34,900 nucleotides of DNA, taken from the NCBI GenBank assembly GCA_944393735.1, contig CALYBE010000003.1, positions 1-34,900 on the forward strand. The letters run 5' to 3'. The translations under genes and the position numbers were made by a program. This document shows positions 34,685 to 34,900 of this stretch, piece by piece (the first letter of the stretch is position 1; every line of letters begins with the position of its first letter). The notes beneath the pieces are model-generated. The model ran no database searches, was not told the DNA's origin, and was given only the letters and a program-made list of their open reading frames with translations. The DNA comes from an uncultured Clostridia bacterium. Its GTDB lineage: Bacteria; Bacillota; Clostridia; TANB77; CAG-508.

Positions 34685-34900
34685 AACTAGATTCTCCTTT
34701 CATATTTTATGTATCTATATTTTACTATTCTAAGAAGAAAATAGCAAGTTTTTTTTACTATTTTCCGCAATCTTTGAATTATGTTAATAATCACAATTTA
34801 TAAGTTGTAATTAGTGCAAAAAATATTCGTCAATTGAAAAGTTAACTGCAATTTTGAAAAGGTAAAAGCAATTTGTATGAGAAATAGCAATTTATAAGCA

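Overview
Very AT-rich, low-GC Gram-positive (Bacillota/Clostridia-like) chromosomal DNA. The evidence is AGGAGG-type RBSs, era-yqzL-recO synteny and a type-II ProRS. All credible genes but one lie on the minus strand and are tightly packed. Housekeeping genes flank the window: proS (partial), scpB and an orphan mreB on the left; recO, yqzL, era and an unknown 780-aa protein on the right. Between them is about 28 kb of cell-envelope accessory DNA in three modules. (i) galE, an LtaS-family enzyme, a CsbB/GtrB-like GT2 and a small DMT protein, apparently co-transcribed with mreB. (ii) Three exported proteins: a GH25 muramidase and an M14 peptidase that share one unrecognised ~115-aa tandem repeat, plus a 266-aa membrane-anchored unknown. 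(iii) A 14-gene, ~16.4-kb ABC-transporter-dependent glycopolymer operon. It carries Wzm/Wzt, several RgpB-like GT2 paralogues, a GT2-WbsX fusion, a methyltransferase with a coiled-coil tail, an exported MBL-fold hydrolase, a GacI/GacJ/GT-C-like side-chain module, a GT4 and a Wzx-like flippase. The feature not explained by genes is a ~90-bp palindromic element in three copies (6540-6629, 12605-12696, 29256-29345). Its 22-23-bp arms are perfectly conserved, its core is GC-richer and more variable, and the core of copy 2 is flipped. Each copy lies at a module boundary, 41-62 bp upstream of a good sigma-A-type promoter. I saw no transposase, integrase, CRISPR array, tRNA or rRNA. All family calls rest on motif recognition by eye; no searches were run.
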